64,000 bases of DNA from Phyllosticta citribraziliensis (GCF_038025025.1 NW_027117341.1:310001-374000), one strand, 5' to 3'; shown: positions 10,196-23,303, numbered from the stretch's first letter. Program-made: numbers and translations. Notes: generated by a model from the sequence alone, not told the origin.

Positions 10196-11860
10196 ATGGC
10201 AGAGAAGCACGACGGCCTGCCCGAGCACGCCGAAACAATTTCTTCGCAGCCCTCTCCACACCACCACGACCGTCATGCTGGGTTTGCTGGAACCGCCGCC
10301 GGTCCAGTGCGCCATGACGCCGGGAACATGAGCATCGGTCGCTACATCTCCACGCGCTTCTCGTCGCTCAAACCGCCCATGCACAAGGCGCCGAACCCCA
10401 TCACGTTACTGCGCCTGCTCAACACGCGGCAATGGCTCTTCTTCCTCGTCGCCTTCATCGCGTGGACTTGGGACGCGTTTGACTTCTTCACAGTCTCGCT
10501 GACCGTCGAAGACCTGGCCGAGGAGTTTGGCAAGAGCAAAAAGGACATCACGTGGGGCATCACGTTGGTGCTGATGCTGCGGTCCGTCGGATCCATCATC
10601 TTCGGCATCGCTGCCGATCGCTGGGGCCGCAAGTGGCCGTTTGTCGTCAACAACGTTCTGTTCATCATTCTCGAGCTCGGCACGGGCTTTTGTAGCACGT
10701 ACAAGCAGTTTCTGGGCGTGCGCGCGCTATTTGGCATCGCCATGGGCGGGCTGTACGGTAATGCGGCTGCGACGGCGCTGGAGGACTGCCCCGAGCAGGC
10801 TAGGGGCATTGTGTCGGGCATGCTGCAGCAGGTTCGTGTTCTCCCCGCACCCTCGCTCTCGCGTGTCTCGCTTGGTACCGACCGTTTGGTTTGACGGACC
10901 CTGACTGATCTGTTCCAGGGATATGCTTTCGGGTACTTGCTGGCAACAGTTTTCGCGCGAGCCCTCGTCAACACCACCTCGCACGGCTGGCGGCCACTCT
11001 TTTGGTTCGGTGCGTGCCCGCCCGTCCTCATCATCCTGTTTCGGCTGTGTCTCCCCGAGACCGACGCGTACCAGGAACGGCAAAAAGTGCGCGCAGCGGG
11101 GCACAACATCTCTGCGACGTTTGTGGCCGAGGGAAAGGTGGCACTCAAGCGGCACTGGCTGCTGCTCATCTACATGGTGCTCCTGATGGCAGGCTTCAAC
11201 TTCATGTCGCACGGGTCGCAAGACATCTACCCGACGATGCTGGAGAACCAGTACAACTTCAGCTCGGACGCGGTGACGGTGACGCAGGTCGTGGCCAACC
11301 TGGGCGCCATGACGGGCGGCACGGTGGTGGGGTACGTGTCGCAAATCTTCGGACGCCGGCTGTCCATCATCACTATGTGCATTATTGGCGGCGCGCTGCT
11401 GTACCCCTACACCTTCGTCAGCGACTCGCGCATCATCGCGGCGGCCTTCTTCGAGCAGTTCTGCGTGCAGGGCGCGTGGGGCGTCATTCCGATCCACCTC
11501 ATGGAGCTGTCGCCTGGCTCCTTCCGCACCTTCGTCGTCGGCACGTCGTACCAGCTGGGCAACCTCGTGTCGTCGGCGTCGTCGACCATCGAGGCCACCA
11601 TCGGCGAGCGCTTCCCGCTGCCGCCCAAGGGCCACACCAAGCGCTACCGCTACGGCAACGTCATTTGCATCTTCATGGGCTGCGTCTTTGCCTACGTCAT
11701 TGTGCTCGCGCTGGCCGGGCCCGAGTATTTGGGCAGGCAATTTGATGTTGCGCATGATGAGGATATGGAGGAGGCCGCGCAGGTCGATCAGGAGGGTATT
11801 GAGCGCATTGTTCACCATCATGGCGATGGGCGCGCGTCGGCGGAGAAGACGGGCGTGTAG
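10196..11860 (+). CDS. JEN1: Jen1-like carboxylate (lactate/pyruvate):H+ symporter, MFS sialate:H+ symporter family
   Basis: AWTWDAFDFF, DRWGRKWP, ARGIVSGMLQQ|GYAFGY (intron 10832-10918) and the NFMSHGSQDIYPT signature. TATA-like sequence near 9987. Confidence 0.92.
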
Positions 11861-13209
11861 TGTGGGGAGGAGCGGGAGCGGTTGTGTATATAGCCTGCGT
11901 GAAGCTTTTCTTCTTCTCTGGCCGCGCGTGTAATGACCTGGCGGGAGGCGGCGTCGTTTTCGACCACCTTTTCTTTACGATACCATATCCACCTTGACTG
12001 ACAGATAGGCCGAGCTGAATTAATCGAACCATGAGATTCCTTCATTCGTCGAGAGCGTGTGCTTTGGAGGTTTCTTGCGTGTCGGATGCGGGGGGTGGCA
12101 TGGAGTGACCCCTGACCCCTGAATTTGGAGGAGCGTGCGGCGTAGTGTAAGTGCTCGTCAAGCGTCGAGCTCGATGTTCAAGTTCCGTCTCTAGGAGACA
12201 GAGTGTTGCGAAGACTAAACAAACGCTCAACTTCCAGTGGTGGGAGCCGGCGCAAGTCACCGCGCAGGGCTTGCTCGGCCGAGGGAAATCTCGCCTCATC
12301 CGCTTGTCGGTCGGTCGGTCGAGTCTGGGGGAAATCTGGGGTGTCAAAGGCACCTCCTTGGCACGTCAGCCATGGCGTTTCCGTGTGCGTTCCATCAGCC
12401 AATCAACACTGTCGAGGGGCGTTTAAACTGCGTGGTAGTGTCGACAGGCGGTGCTGAGATAGCATGGCCAGCAAACGGGCGAGTACACGACGCGAAAATT
12501 ACGCCTGCCTCTGTCCGTCTGAATGGTCTCGGCCGGCCGGCCATGCCGCCCGCATCGAACAGGCCAGGGCCATAGAATGTGTCGTGGATTAGCCCGGTTT
12601 TTGGCTGGGCTAAAGTCCAGGGCACGCATGTCAGCCAATTTTACGGACCTCAAGCCAAAAGAACAAGAAAGTCGGGCGTTACATCGTTTCAGTGACCAAG
12701 TGCTTATATTTCTGGTGTTTAAAGGATTGACCAAGAAAACTCGCGAATGACGAATGGGCTTTATGCGCTTCTTGCGATCAGAAGACATACATGTGCATTA
12801 CAAAAATCGTCAAGTTGCCCAAGGTTCTGAATTTGAACCCCATGAAGTAAGTGCGGTACACAAGTCCAGCTGAGGAAGACAACAAGTCTCTGCAGACTGC
12901 AGCTTCGGTTTTGGCTTGGCATAGATCTTTTCAGCCTCTTCCTCCGCCGCCGCCGTCGCCGTGCAGGGGCAGGATGCTTTTCTCTTGTGTTCCCAGCAAG
13001 AATTTACCTATACCAAAGCATCAGCAATACATATATCTTCCGTCCACCTGTCCATCTGTTCATACACTCCCTCCACCCATTTTTGTAACTGTATTCATTT
13101 CACAATACCGCGAAGACCTTTCCCATTATTCCCTTTTCTCCGCAACATCCTCAAGTTCACCACGAATTATTTTTCCTCGACTTCTTGTCATCGCAGTCCA
13201 CCAAGCTAG

Positions 13210-13473
13210 ATGGCTCCGATATCAGTACCGCTGTCCACCAGCGATCAGATCGGCATCGCAGGAGTCGTCGTCTCCTTCGTCGGAGTAGTCCTCGCAACTG
13301 GGTTCTCCTACACCACTCTGCGGCTTCAAATGGCGCAGCCTCGCCGCAGCGCCGGTTTGTGTCACCTAATCCAACCCTCAGCTGATTTCCGCTCACACAA
13401 GGTCCAGGTTATGGTGCGCCTTGATTGGACCATCTCTCGTTACGATCCTCCTGGGGAATGGTGCATTTTCTGA
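13210..13473 (+). CDS. Hypothetical small single-pass membrane protein (3' end uncertain)
   Basis: MAPISVPLSTSDQIGIAGVVVSFVGVVLATGFSY hydrophobic segment after a CT-rich leader. Possible donor GTTTGT near 13355. Confidence 0.35.
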   Translation: MAPISVPLSTSDQIGIAGVVVSFVGVVLATGFSYTTLRLQMAQPRRSAGLCHLIQPSADFRSHKVQVMVRLDWTISRYDPPGEWCIF

Positions 13474-14715
13474 AAGATGGCGGAGAGCCAAACGCGTCAA
13501 TGACTGGGCATGAAAGGGAGGGTTCCTAGAGTTTGGGAGTTGAGCATTTTTGTACAGTACATCTCGCACATTTGCAACTGCAAATGCGAGGCAGGCGTCG
13601 GAAGATACCACGAGTTCGCTCGAATTTTACCAACTTTGTCAGGCACAGGCGAATCATCCTGTGATGTGAAAGACTGTTGACGGGAGAAAATCAAGCGAAG
13701 ACCAAGGTTGCGGTTGAGCAGTCATAGGTTCACTGAACTCCAGACGCCTCATGGGTTGAGATGAGTAAGCTACGTTGGATTGTTCTAGATCCGTCCGCGT
13801 GTGAGTTCGCCGCAGAACGTTGAATTCTTACATTGGACCCAGAATGAGCAGCGTAAGGGCCCTCCCGTGATGGTATCGGCATCGTGACGTAAGTGGTGGG
13901 GAACTTGTCAGCCGCATGCAACACGTGCGCCCCAGCCTGAACGGACAACACTGTTTGATTCCGTCCATATGTGTACCTAGGATTTGACGATTTCAATCCA
14001 ACATGATTCCTCGCGGTGCTGTCACGACGGAACGCCAGCATTCGAGATGTGTCCGTTTCCAGGGGTCAGGGGGTCGAAGGTTGGGATTTGTCATCGTGAG
14101 GACATTGGAAATACAGGAGAAGGATAGGAGAGTCTTCAGTTTGTTTCTCACGTTATTCATCTTTGGTTTTGCATGTCATCGGAATGGCGATGGAGAGTCG
14201 TTGAGAACTTGGGTTGCCCGTCAGCGACGTGGCGGAGCGGGCCGTTGTGGCGCACAGTTTCGCGAACGGCTGAAGGGTCAGGGCCTGGAGGTACTTCATC
14301 CAGTACAAACGCTGTCAGCTTCTCATATTCGGTTGCGCCTGTAAATACAAGACCGAAGTTAATCAGGTGCCTTCCTCAGCTTCCGCTTTACAGATGATGG
14401 CCAGTCTGGACTTCTGCTCACTTGCTTCCCACAGCTCCATGAAAATACTGCTGGGAACAGAAGCAGCAGACAAAACACCTCCGAAATCGTGGACCTGATA
14501 TGGTTAGCCAAGGCTTTGGAATACGTGGATCACAATGGATCGCAAGGGCAACCCAGGCTTACCGCGCTGCATTTTCCTACCCAAAACAAGGACTACAGAG
14601 CATTCTCGAAGCCGATCGGTCATGTCGAAGCAAAAGCTAGCCGACTGGATTGGTATTTCTGAGCGAAACGGGTAGTGTGGAGCGGATGAAAGCGAAACGA
14701 ACCCTCAGATTATCC

Positions 14716-15345
14716 TCAGCGTGGCCAACCGGGCGTAAGAGTTTCATAGTCGGGGTTCCGACGAGGTCGAAAGACGCGGCGATTCGGCCCCTTCTCCTTG
14801 ACCCGATCCGTCGAGGACGTGGTGGCGGCAGCGGGCGCGGAGACTGCATGCGATCGGGCGTGGTTTCTGTGACTACTGACGGCTCCTTGCGCCGGAGAGC
14901 TGCTGGAGGTACCTTGGGAGTCTTGCCTGTCTGGAGTAGAGGAAGAGACAGCGACAGCGCGAGCGCGACGTCTGGAGACTTGGAGAGTCGCATCGCGCGT
15001 GCCTTTCCCAATGCTCTTGTTTAGCTCATCTCGTTTGATCTCTGCTTGCTGACCCAGCTTGTGGCGAATGGCGATCATGACGACTTCTTTGGGCCGGATG
15101 GTCTTCTTCTTTGTCCGGCCTGGTATTTGCGGAATACCGAGCGAGCTTTCTGGAGGCTGACGGATGCCTCTGGCCACTCTGACGTAATCGACGTAATTCT
15201 TTGGGCCGTATGTGACATTCGTGGCGCTATACTCACTCAGTGGAGCGCTTGTCGAAGGAGAGTCCTGGCTCGAGGAATTGACTTGGATGGAAAGCCGCAG
15301 GCGGTTGCGCAGGTCAATGTAGCGGTTGGAGCCAAACAATGGCAT
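14716..15345 (-). CDS. Hypothetical basic, Ser/Arg-rich protein
   Basis: 209-aa ATG-initiated ORF with no recognisable domain. Confidence 0.35.
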   Translation of the reverse strand: MPLFGSNRYIDLRNRLRLSIQVNSSSQDSPSTSAPLSEYSATNVTYGPKNYVDYVRVARGIRQPPESSLGIPQIPGRTKKKTIRPKEVVMIAIRHKLGQQAEIKRDELNKSIGKGTRDATLQVSRRRARAVAVSSSTPDRQDSQGTSSSSPAQGAVSSHRNHARSHAVSAPAAATTSSTDRVKEKGPNRRVFRPRRNPDYETLTPGWPR

Positions 15346-15958
15346 TGTGTAGGACCTGTCAAAGGAATCTTGTCGTTTGTCAGTGATGAGGCCACAGACT
15401 TTGGTAGATAAGGAAACAGAACCTTTGTTGTCTGCGTTTTATGTAGCGCTTGACGTCAAACGTTGTCGCGGTTTCTGGAAGTTTGAGGTTGGTTGTTGGC
15501 GGATGAAGCGCAAACGCGGCGAGTTTTCATTGGTGCGTGCTGAATGCTGGATCTTACTCCCACATCTTACTTGCACGAGCGCAGGCGGCCCTTCGATATT
15601 GACACCAGGCGTGTTAATACGCGCTCCCAGATCCTCTGCGACCTACCAATGTCAAGCCAAAAAGACAAATCCAATCAATATTCCGAAACTCTGATGAAAG
15701 ACACAACTAATACAAAAATGTGTCAAAGGCTCGCAGAGAAAGCTCGTGTTCAAAGCCGAAAAAAGCATTTCTAGTTTCCTCATACAGGCCAATTGGACGC
15801 GTTCGTCAGGTCCTACGGCAAGAAATGAAAGACAAAGACAAAACTTTCTTATTTGTAGACTTTGCGATGAGTAAGAATTGAAGCATGCCTAGCTCTGTCT
15901 TTTTCAAGTATTGAATTTGTCCGCGAAAGGAGAGCGTGGCGCTTCTACCTTTCATGCT

Positions 15959-16898
15959 TTACTCCAAGGCCCAGTTGAACATCTGTCCCTGGTCATAGAC
16001 GTTGGGAATCCAGCGCTTCTTTCCATCCGGCTCTCCGACATTTATGTACCCAGCCAAGAAGTAAATCTGGTCTTCGTCCGCCTCCTCCCAGACTGGATCG
16101 TCACCGTCGTTGGCTACGCCCATGCCCCACAGAGAAGGAATATACCGGCTGTGGAACGGATGGTAGAAGGTTTTGGTGGATGATGCAGTGGGAACCTCCT
16201 TGAGCTCCTTCAGGACGAGAGCCTTGTCCACGTGCGCGCCGGAGAACTCGTTGAAAGCGCCGAAGTAGTTGTTGCTTTCAGCGGGTCTCTTGCTGGAGAC
16301 GTGATCTGGGACTTTGCGACCTTGAAGACAAAAGCGATCAGCAATGATGGAGAGCTTGCGGATGGAGACACTAAAACTTACGGAAGACCTTTGCATTGAA
16401 CGGTTTGCCATGCGACCGGAGGAATTCCCGTTGGTGGTCTTCGCTGGTCAGGGCAACATTCTTGAGACGCAGAATGTAGTTCTCTGACGCAAGTCTCTGA
16501 ATGATCTTTGCGGCTTGTTCCAGGCCGTTCTCGCTGGCTTGAAGCCTCCTGAATGCGGTGATGATCTTGGCGTAGCTCTCGTGGTGGTGGAAGTCGTCGT
16601 CGTAGTCGATTTCGTATCCGGCGAGCTCGGGCATGATTTCGTCGAACAAGGCTGTCGACGGCGTCGGAAGAGACTTCATTGGGGCTGTCTGAAGAATGGT
16701 GAGAATTTCGGGTGAGATATTCGGCGAGCCGGAGCTGAGATTGCCTCTGAGAATTTCATTCTCGTGGAGAAGCTGGGTCGTGAATCCGTTGAGACGAACG
16801 GTCTCGCCCTTCTTGAATCTCTCAGCTTCAGCCAGGGCGTCGGAGATTCTCTCAGAATCCCGAGTGAAAGCTGCCTCGGAAGCTTCTATATTGTCCAT
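15959..16898 (-). CDS. Orphan coiled-coil family protein, paralog A (intact, 2 exons)
   Basis: Exon 1 16898-16382, GTAAGT...AAG intron 16381-16321, exon 2 in frame (RRKVPDH...FNWALE*). Aligns with the ORFs at 17783 and 19138. Confidence 0.8.
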
Positions 16899-17782
16899 GG
16901 TGATCGAAGGTGTAGGTGTTTGTCGGGGAGGATGAGGATGAGAAGTGGAAAGAAGCGAGGCAGTTGAGCAAGACGGTATAATATCCGAAGCGCCAAAAGC
17001 TTAGATCCTTTTGTTATCAGATTAGGAAAGAAGAGTTTCACATTGTTTCACATCAGATAAAGGCCAAAATGAAAGAGCAATTGACTCTGACGACTGCAGC
17101 TTTCGATCACCTTCCCAGCTGTATACAAGCCACAACTTGAGTCTTCTGTCCAGGAGTTGAATCTGAATTTATAGACAGTCTCAGTAACGAAGACCTTCCA
17201 CCTCCAAACCAGTCAAGTGATTGACTGCGGCGGTTTGAATCAAAACATGCGTGTATTTCTAGGCGACAAGACAGTGGGAGACTTTCGATGAAGGCATTCA
17301 CTGTTATAGCAATATGCCAAGTCTGCTTGGGAGACGTCTACTCTTTGCGATATCTGACTGAAAGTTTGAAGCCAAGCTTGAGGCTTGCCAGCGAGAGCAA
17401 ACCAGATTTGCTTGAAAACCCAGCCTGGATTGTCCTGGCAGTGATCATAAAAGGAGTCATCTTGAGGCTCAACACAGCTGCGAAATGGCCCTGTGTATGA
17501 CTTACTGAACTTGGATCATACTTACTAAGCACCCAGCCAACTTTCGCTTGTCCCTTGGGTGGTTTTTCGAAGTGAACCAAAGTGAGCAGCATGTTGTCAA
17601 CAAATCCAAGCGGTCCAAGCTCCGGCCAGTACACTTAAGCCCCTCTACCGCCATCACCTTGCTCCTCGAAACATTCAACCCAACGTCCTCCCGCTCTCCG
17701 AACGAGTCCACATCGAAACCTCTCTGGTGACGTCATCGACGCGTTCTTCCTTTCGCCAAAATACAAATTCAACGCTGCCGAA

Positions 17783-18516
17783 ATGAGCACCCCAGACGAT
17801 CTCAACCAGCTCGCCGCATCGTTGGGTAACGTTTCGCTTTCTAACGAGAATCAGATTTTCCATGAGCAACGCAACCATGCCAAGGGCCTTCTGGGGCAAA
17901 CTGACACCGTTGGGAGAGTGGAGATGGCAAGGCTTCGCAATATTATCCACAGGCTCACATCCGAAAACGCCAAGCTAAAATCCGCTCAACAAGTTGGAGC
18001 ATCGATGCCCCGCGTGGTGACAATCTTTCTTGCGCAAGCACCCATGAAGTCGCTCGATTTTCCATACGCCGCATTCTACAACGAACTGCTCCCTAAGCTC
18101 GCCAAATTCATGGAGAACAACAAAGAGCTCTTTAACGAGGCTTCTGAATTTGAGGAGATCTGGAGGGGCATTGGGCGTGCGCAGTCCGCGCTGCGTGTCA
18201 TGTTCGACTGTGGGTACCAGATCAGAGAATTGGCGATCGAGAACTACAAGCTGCGTGCTTTATGGGTCCAGCGTGCCACTGGCGAGGAGAGGAAGAGGCT
18301 CGAGACGGTGCACGGAGAGCCGCCCAATGCGGATGCTTTTGGTGAGTACCTCAAACACTGTTGCTTAAAAGCTCTAATTTAGAGAAGAAGTGTTCTGAGT
18401 CTAGTCTGGAGTGTCTGGCGATCAAACCAGCCCGATGTGCATTTCACTTACGGGATTGGAGGAGGCAGAGAAGCTCTGCTGAGGACTTGACCTTGTTCTT
18501 GGTTTCCTCGGTATGA
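17783..18516 (+). CDS. Orphan coiled-coil family protein, paralog B (C-terminus divergent or uncertain)
   Basis: APMKSLDFP, LAIENYKLR and HGEPPNADAF are followed by a phase-1 GTGAGT at 18342, as in paralogs A and C. Probable acceptor at 18382. The short second exon shows no visible similarity to those of A or C. Confidence 0.7.
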
Positions 18517-19137
18517 GAATCGCGCACACGGGTTTGGCCACTTGACTTGCGGAAGATGTCGTCCCCTACGTCGACAGTCATGACGCGTGGAAGGCTGCAG
18601 GAGGATATGGCATGCGGATTGCGAAGGGCATCGCTTGGGGCATTACAATTTTGCGTTGATGGCAGGACGGCAGGCTCGAGACAGGAAGATTCCATTGATG
18701 GAAATGACCCATTCATTGTGACATGAAAGGTGGCTTGAGGAATTGCGCATATTTAACAGTCAGGCCAGGCACCAAGAGTGTTAATTATCCACTGTTGTTG
18801 TCAGATTTCTGACTCAGGAAACCGACAGCGTACTTCCCTAAATTCATCTGTTGTGAGCCAAAGTGAATCATCCATTTGGGGAAGCGGAGTGGCCTAAGCT
18901 CAGGCGGTGTTTACCTACTTCTCTTGATTCACCTTCTCGCTACTCTTCTTCTTTTCCAGCACCACCACTCAAATCTTGTCCCGCATTGGCGCCGTCTATC
19001 GTCTTCAACCGTCACCCTCTACTGACTATACCAAACCTTTCTCGCAATCTTCCTTCGCGTATATAAGACGGCGACAACGGACCACGGCGCAGACCTCTTA
19101 CCAATCCTCAGCCAACGCTTCAAGAGTTTTGCCTACC

Positions 19138-20028
19138 ATGACCTCGCTCTTTGAGAGGGACTCGTCCAAGATGCGCGGTCTCCTGGAGGACGCAAAGCGG
19201 TTCAAGCGGTCCGAAAGCAGGCGACTGAGCAGGATAATCCAGGGCCTGAGGAGCGAGAACGCCACGCTCCAAGGCAACCTCAACAATCAGGAGACCATCA
19301 CGGCCGAAGTCTCGAACGTGCTCCGCGAGGTTCCTGTGCGGTGTCTGCCGATGCCGTCCCCTGCTTACTTCGACGAACTGATGCCTCTGCTGGCCGAATT
19401 TTTCGAAACCTACGACGACGACTACCGTGAAAATTCCACCTACGACTCCATCTGGGAAGACTTCGCTCGCATGCAGGCGGCGGAGAACGGTCTCGACCGC
19501 TGCGCAAAGCTCACAAAGGACCTGGCCATCGAGAACCACGGGATTCGCATGAAGATCATCGAGCTTGCCGCCGGCGAGCTGAAGGAAACTCTGAAGGCCA
19601 TCAACGGCGAGGCTCCACACCCCACTGTGTTCGGTAAGTCCTCAAGGTCCTCTACTCCGAGAAAGCTAACCAACTCTGCTCTTAAAGTCCGCCGCGTTCC
19701 ATGCACCGTTTCCAGCAAGCAACACGAACGGGAGGGGAGCGATTGGGAAGCCATTCGCGAGTTCGAAAAGATCTCCGGGGGAAAAGACTTGGTGTTGAAG
19801 GACGGACTGTAGGCGGTCCCTGGCTCCGAAGGTCAAGTCTACCATCCGTACTCGGCTTATTACATCCCGTCATTTCCTGGACAAGGTATTCCCCACTCGG
19901 GCGGCAAGCTGGAGGTCGCCGATTCGGTCGCGTTCTTTGACTTGGACGAGTACTTCTGCATTGCGACGCCTGCCGATGCCGTTCTCTGGGTCAAGAAGAC
20001 TGGCAACAACGGCAGCTGGGTCTTTTGA
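19138..20028 (+). pseudogene. Orphan coiled-coil family, paralog C, with one in-frame TAG at 19810-19812
   Basis: TATATAAG at 19060. Exon 1 19138-19633, intron 19634-19687. After the TAG the frame continues AVPGSEGQVYHPYSAYYIPSFPGQGI..., matching paralog A EVPTASSTKTFYHPFHSRYIPSLWGMGV, until TGA at 20026-20028. Confidence 0.75.
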
Positions 20029-21527
20029 GGTGATGAAAGCTAGAGCAAGTCAGCGGTTGGAGTAAAAAGATGACAGGGCGAGCGAATTGGCCGAGCAGCC
20101 GCCCAAAAAATGAAACAGACAGGCTGGGAAGTGCAGAGGCTCAACAGAATGGAAGGATTGCACCCCCCGACGTGATCGACTCAAAATCTCGGTGACATGA
20201 TAGAGAGCTGCAGGTGAGCCTACATCGCCATTATTCGTTTTCGTGTCAACCTCGTATCAAGAAGTCAGCATCTTTCGGAGCACAAAGTCCACCCAGACAG
20301 GGACTTGCTTCACAAATCCGACGATTCAAGCCTCCATTCGCCAAAACATGGGCCCAGTTCACGACAAATTGGTCTTGAAAATGGCTGTTCTCGCAGGACA
20401 AGGTGGCCGCGAGGTTGTTGGCAAATCGGCTCTGTCTTGGAACAAACGTGGTCGGCGGCCCCCAAGCACAAAGATCGGACTTGTGGAGTTGATAGAGAAG
20501 TGGGAGTAATCTACTCGCACTCACAGCATTTCATGACTGCAGATCCCAACGACGTGTCGACGCATCCGCAGGGGTCAATTAGGGGGACTTGCCGTTATCA
20601 TCAATCACGTACGCACCATTCCACGATTCGAGCACGACCAAACTCCACACCACACCACATTGAGCCAACATGGCAAAGGCCGTGAATTCATTCCGCAGTG
20701 CCGTTTAAGCGCGACATCACACAACGCCCCAAACAAACGGGGAGAGGTGCATGCAAGCTCCGCCACACGTCAGCTTTCCCCGCAAGCCGCATCCGAGGAT
20801 GCAGCAGACAAGACCCCCGCATGTCATGCAGCGTACCAAGCACTCGGGACACGGCCACAAAGCATGGCTGTCCTGGACGCGGCAGTGTCAGAATTGCCTT
20901 TTCCCTCGAGTCGTGTGGAGCTTACTGGAGCGCAGGAGTCTTATCTTTGTCGTGCATGGCAGCGCAGAGCCTCTTCGTGGCCGACTGCGCGTCGAGTATA
21001 CCAGGCTTCTCTTCACGAGGCATTGTAGCTGCTGTGTTCAAGGCTGCTCTGAAGCTGGGGAAGAGGCGCCACGGCGTCTCCGGCTCTCTTGAATCCGACA
21101 TCTGCGTCATTACAGCGCACCACCGTGGAGTCGCTTCGAGCAAGTCTGACCTACCGCACAAGGATGGCGCCGGATGATTGGCGATAGCCTGCAGCAATTG
21201 ACCAGTCACGTCGCCCAACAAGGCGTTGGTGGTCCCCGGCGCGAGCTATCAGTGTCCCACGGGTACTACATGGGAGCTAACGCGCTGGTTGGCTTTGATG
21301 TGGTCGACATGTAGTGCAGACATGCTTGCAGATGTGGGGTTGTTCCTTCTACCCGTATCTAAAGACGGCCGTCGACAGTCTACTAGCCGGTGTCCGCTTC
21401 GTGGCTAGCACTGTCGATTTATGTTGAGCTGCTCCCGCTGCCAGAGGATTTCTTCTGCGCGCTTTGGTCTCTGATAGACTCTTCCATTCCAATTTCCTCC
21501 TCATCGAAGTCATCCAATCTAATCAAG

Positions 21528-23303
21528 ATGTATGACGACAAGACAGCGGGTCAGCCCGTGCGAGAGCTGGACGCGCTCATCGTGGGTGCCGGCTTCAGTG
21601 CATTCTCGCTGATGAACAAGTAAGCCACCTGCTCACGCTGAACAACATCAATTAAAAGACCGCAGACTACGCAAACAAGGTCTCTCAGCCAAGATCTTCG
21701 AAAAGGCGCCCGCAAGCGGCGGTATCTGGCACTGGAACCAGTATCCCGGCGCCCGGGTCGACAGCGACACGCCCATCTACCAGCTGTTCGAGCCCGAGCT
21801 GTACGAGGACTTTACGTTCAAGGAGCGCTATGCCGACTCGAAGGATCTCAAGCGCTACTTTCAGCACGTCGAGAAGAAGTGGGACCTTCTGAAGGACATT
21901 GAGTACAACCGCAACGTTGATGCGGCTCGTTTCGACGAGGCCAGGAATAAATGGCTGGTCGAATGCTCCGATGGTACCAAGGTCCGCTGTCGCTGGTTCG
22001 TCCTGACAATTGGTTTTGCGTCGAGGCGCTACGTGCCCAAGATGAAGGGACTTGGAGACTTTCGAGGAGAAATGTACCACACGGCCCAGTGGCCACAGTG
22101 GGGCGTCAACTTGAAGAACAAGCGCATCGCAGTGATTGGGACGGGGGCATCTGGGATCCAGACAATCCAAGAAGCCGGACCAGACGCCAAGTCCCTGACC
22201 GTCTACCAGCGGACGCCGAATATGTGTCTGCCCATGAATCAGCGGCCGTTGGATCCAGTCGAGGAGGAAAAGAAAAAGGCAGACGGTGTCTACGCAAGAG
22301 CGCACCGAGAGTCCTATACGACCTTTTCCGGCTTCACGTTCGACTTTCACCAGCAAGACACGTTCGATGCGACGCCCGAGGAGCGCGAAAGGCTCTACCA
22401 CCGGCTCATGATCGAGGAGGGCGGTTTCCGTTTCTGGTTTGGCAACTTCCGCGACTTTCTCTTCGACGAGGCGGCCAACGATGAAGGCTACAACTTTTGG
22501 CGCAAGACGGTGCTGGCACGCGTGCCGGACCCGGAGAAAGCAGCGCTGCTGGCGCCAGAGAAGAAGCCGCATCCATGGGGCACCAAGCGGGCGTCGCTGG
22601 AGCAGAACTTCTACGAAGTCGTGTCGCAGCCGCACATTTCCATCGTCGACGTCAACAAAAACGGCATCGCTGAAATCACCGAAACGGGCATCCGCACCGC
22701 CGACGGCGTGCTCCGCGAGTTCGACGTGATTGTGCTGGCGACGGGCTTCGACGCCGTGACGGGCGGGCTGGCCAGCCTCGACGTCCGCGGCACCGACGGC
22801 AGCACCATTGGCGAGCACTGGCGCAATGGCTTGCGCACTTCAATGGGCATCTCGCTGAATAAGTTTCCCAACCTCTTCTTCACGTATGGACCGCAGGCGC
22901 CGACGGCGTTTGCCAATGGGCCTACGTGCACGCAAATTCAGGGCGAGTTCATCGACAAGGCGGTGCAAAAGCTGAGACAGGAGGGGATTACTCGATTCGA
23001 GGCGAAGAAGGAAGTCGAGGACGAGTGGGGGGAGAAGGTTAAAGAGAAGTGGTACGGCAGCCTTTTCCCGCAAGCAAAGAGCTGGTATCAAGGCGCCAAC
23101 ATTCCTGGGAGAAGGGTTGAGCCGCTCAACTGGTAAGTGATGTCGATGACTGGTGTTTGTCGCTGTCGACGCTGACTGATTGCAGGGTCGGTGGAGTCCC
23201 GGCGTACATTCAGGCGCTGAACGACAGCCTCGAGAATAATTTTCAGGCCTGGCACACTGATGGATTGGACAAGCTGACGACGCGAATCTCGTCGTCTTTG
23301 TAG
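21528..23303 (+). CDS. Baeyer-Villiger monooxygenase (cyclopentanone/cyclohexanone monooxygenase-like)
   Basis: DALIVGAGFSA, GGIWHWNQYPGARVDS, type I BVMO fingerprint FRGEMYHTAQWP, VIGTGASGIQ and ATGFD. Introns 21620-21665 and 23133-23185. Confidence 0.93.

Noticed and set aside
10342..11933. Several long overlapping ORFs on both strands
   Set aside because: High-GC shadows of JEN1.
21685..22818. 377-aa minus-strand ORF
   Set aside because: Antisense shadow of the BVMO gene.
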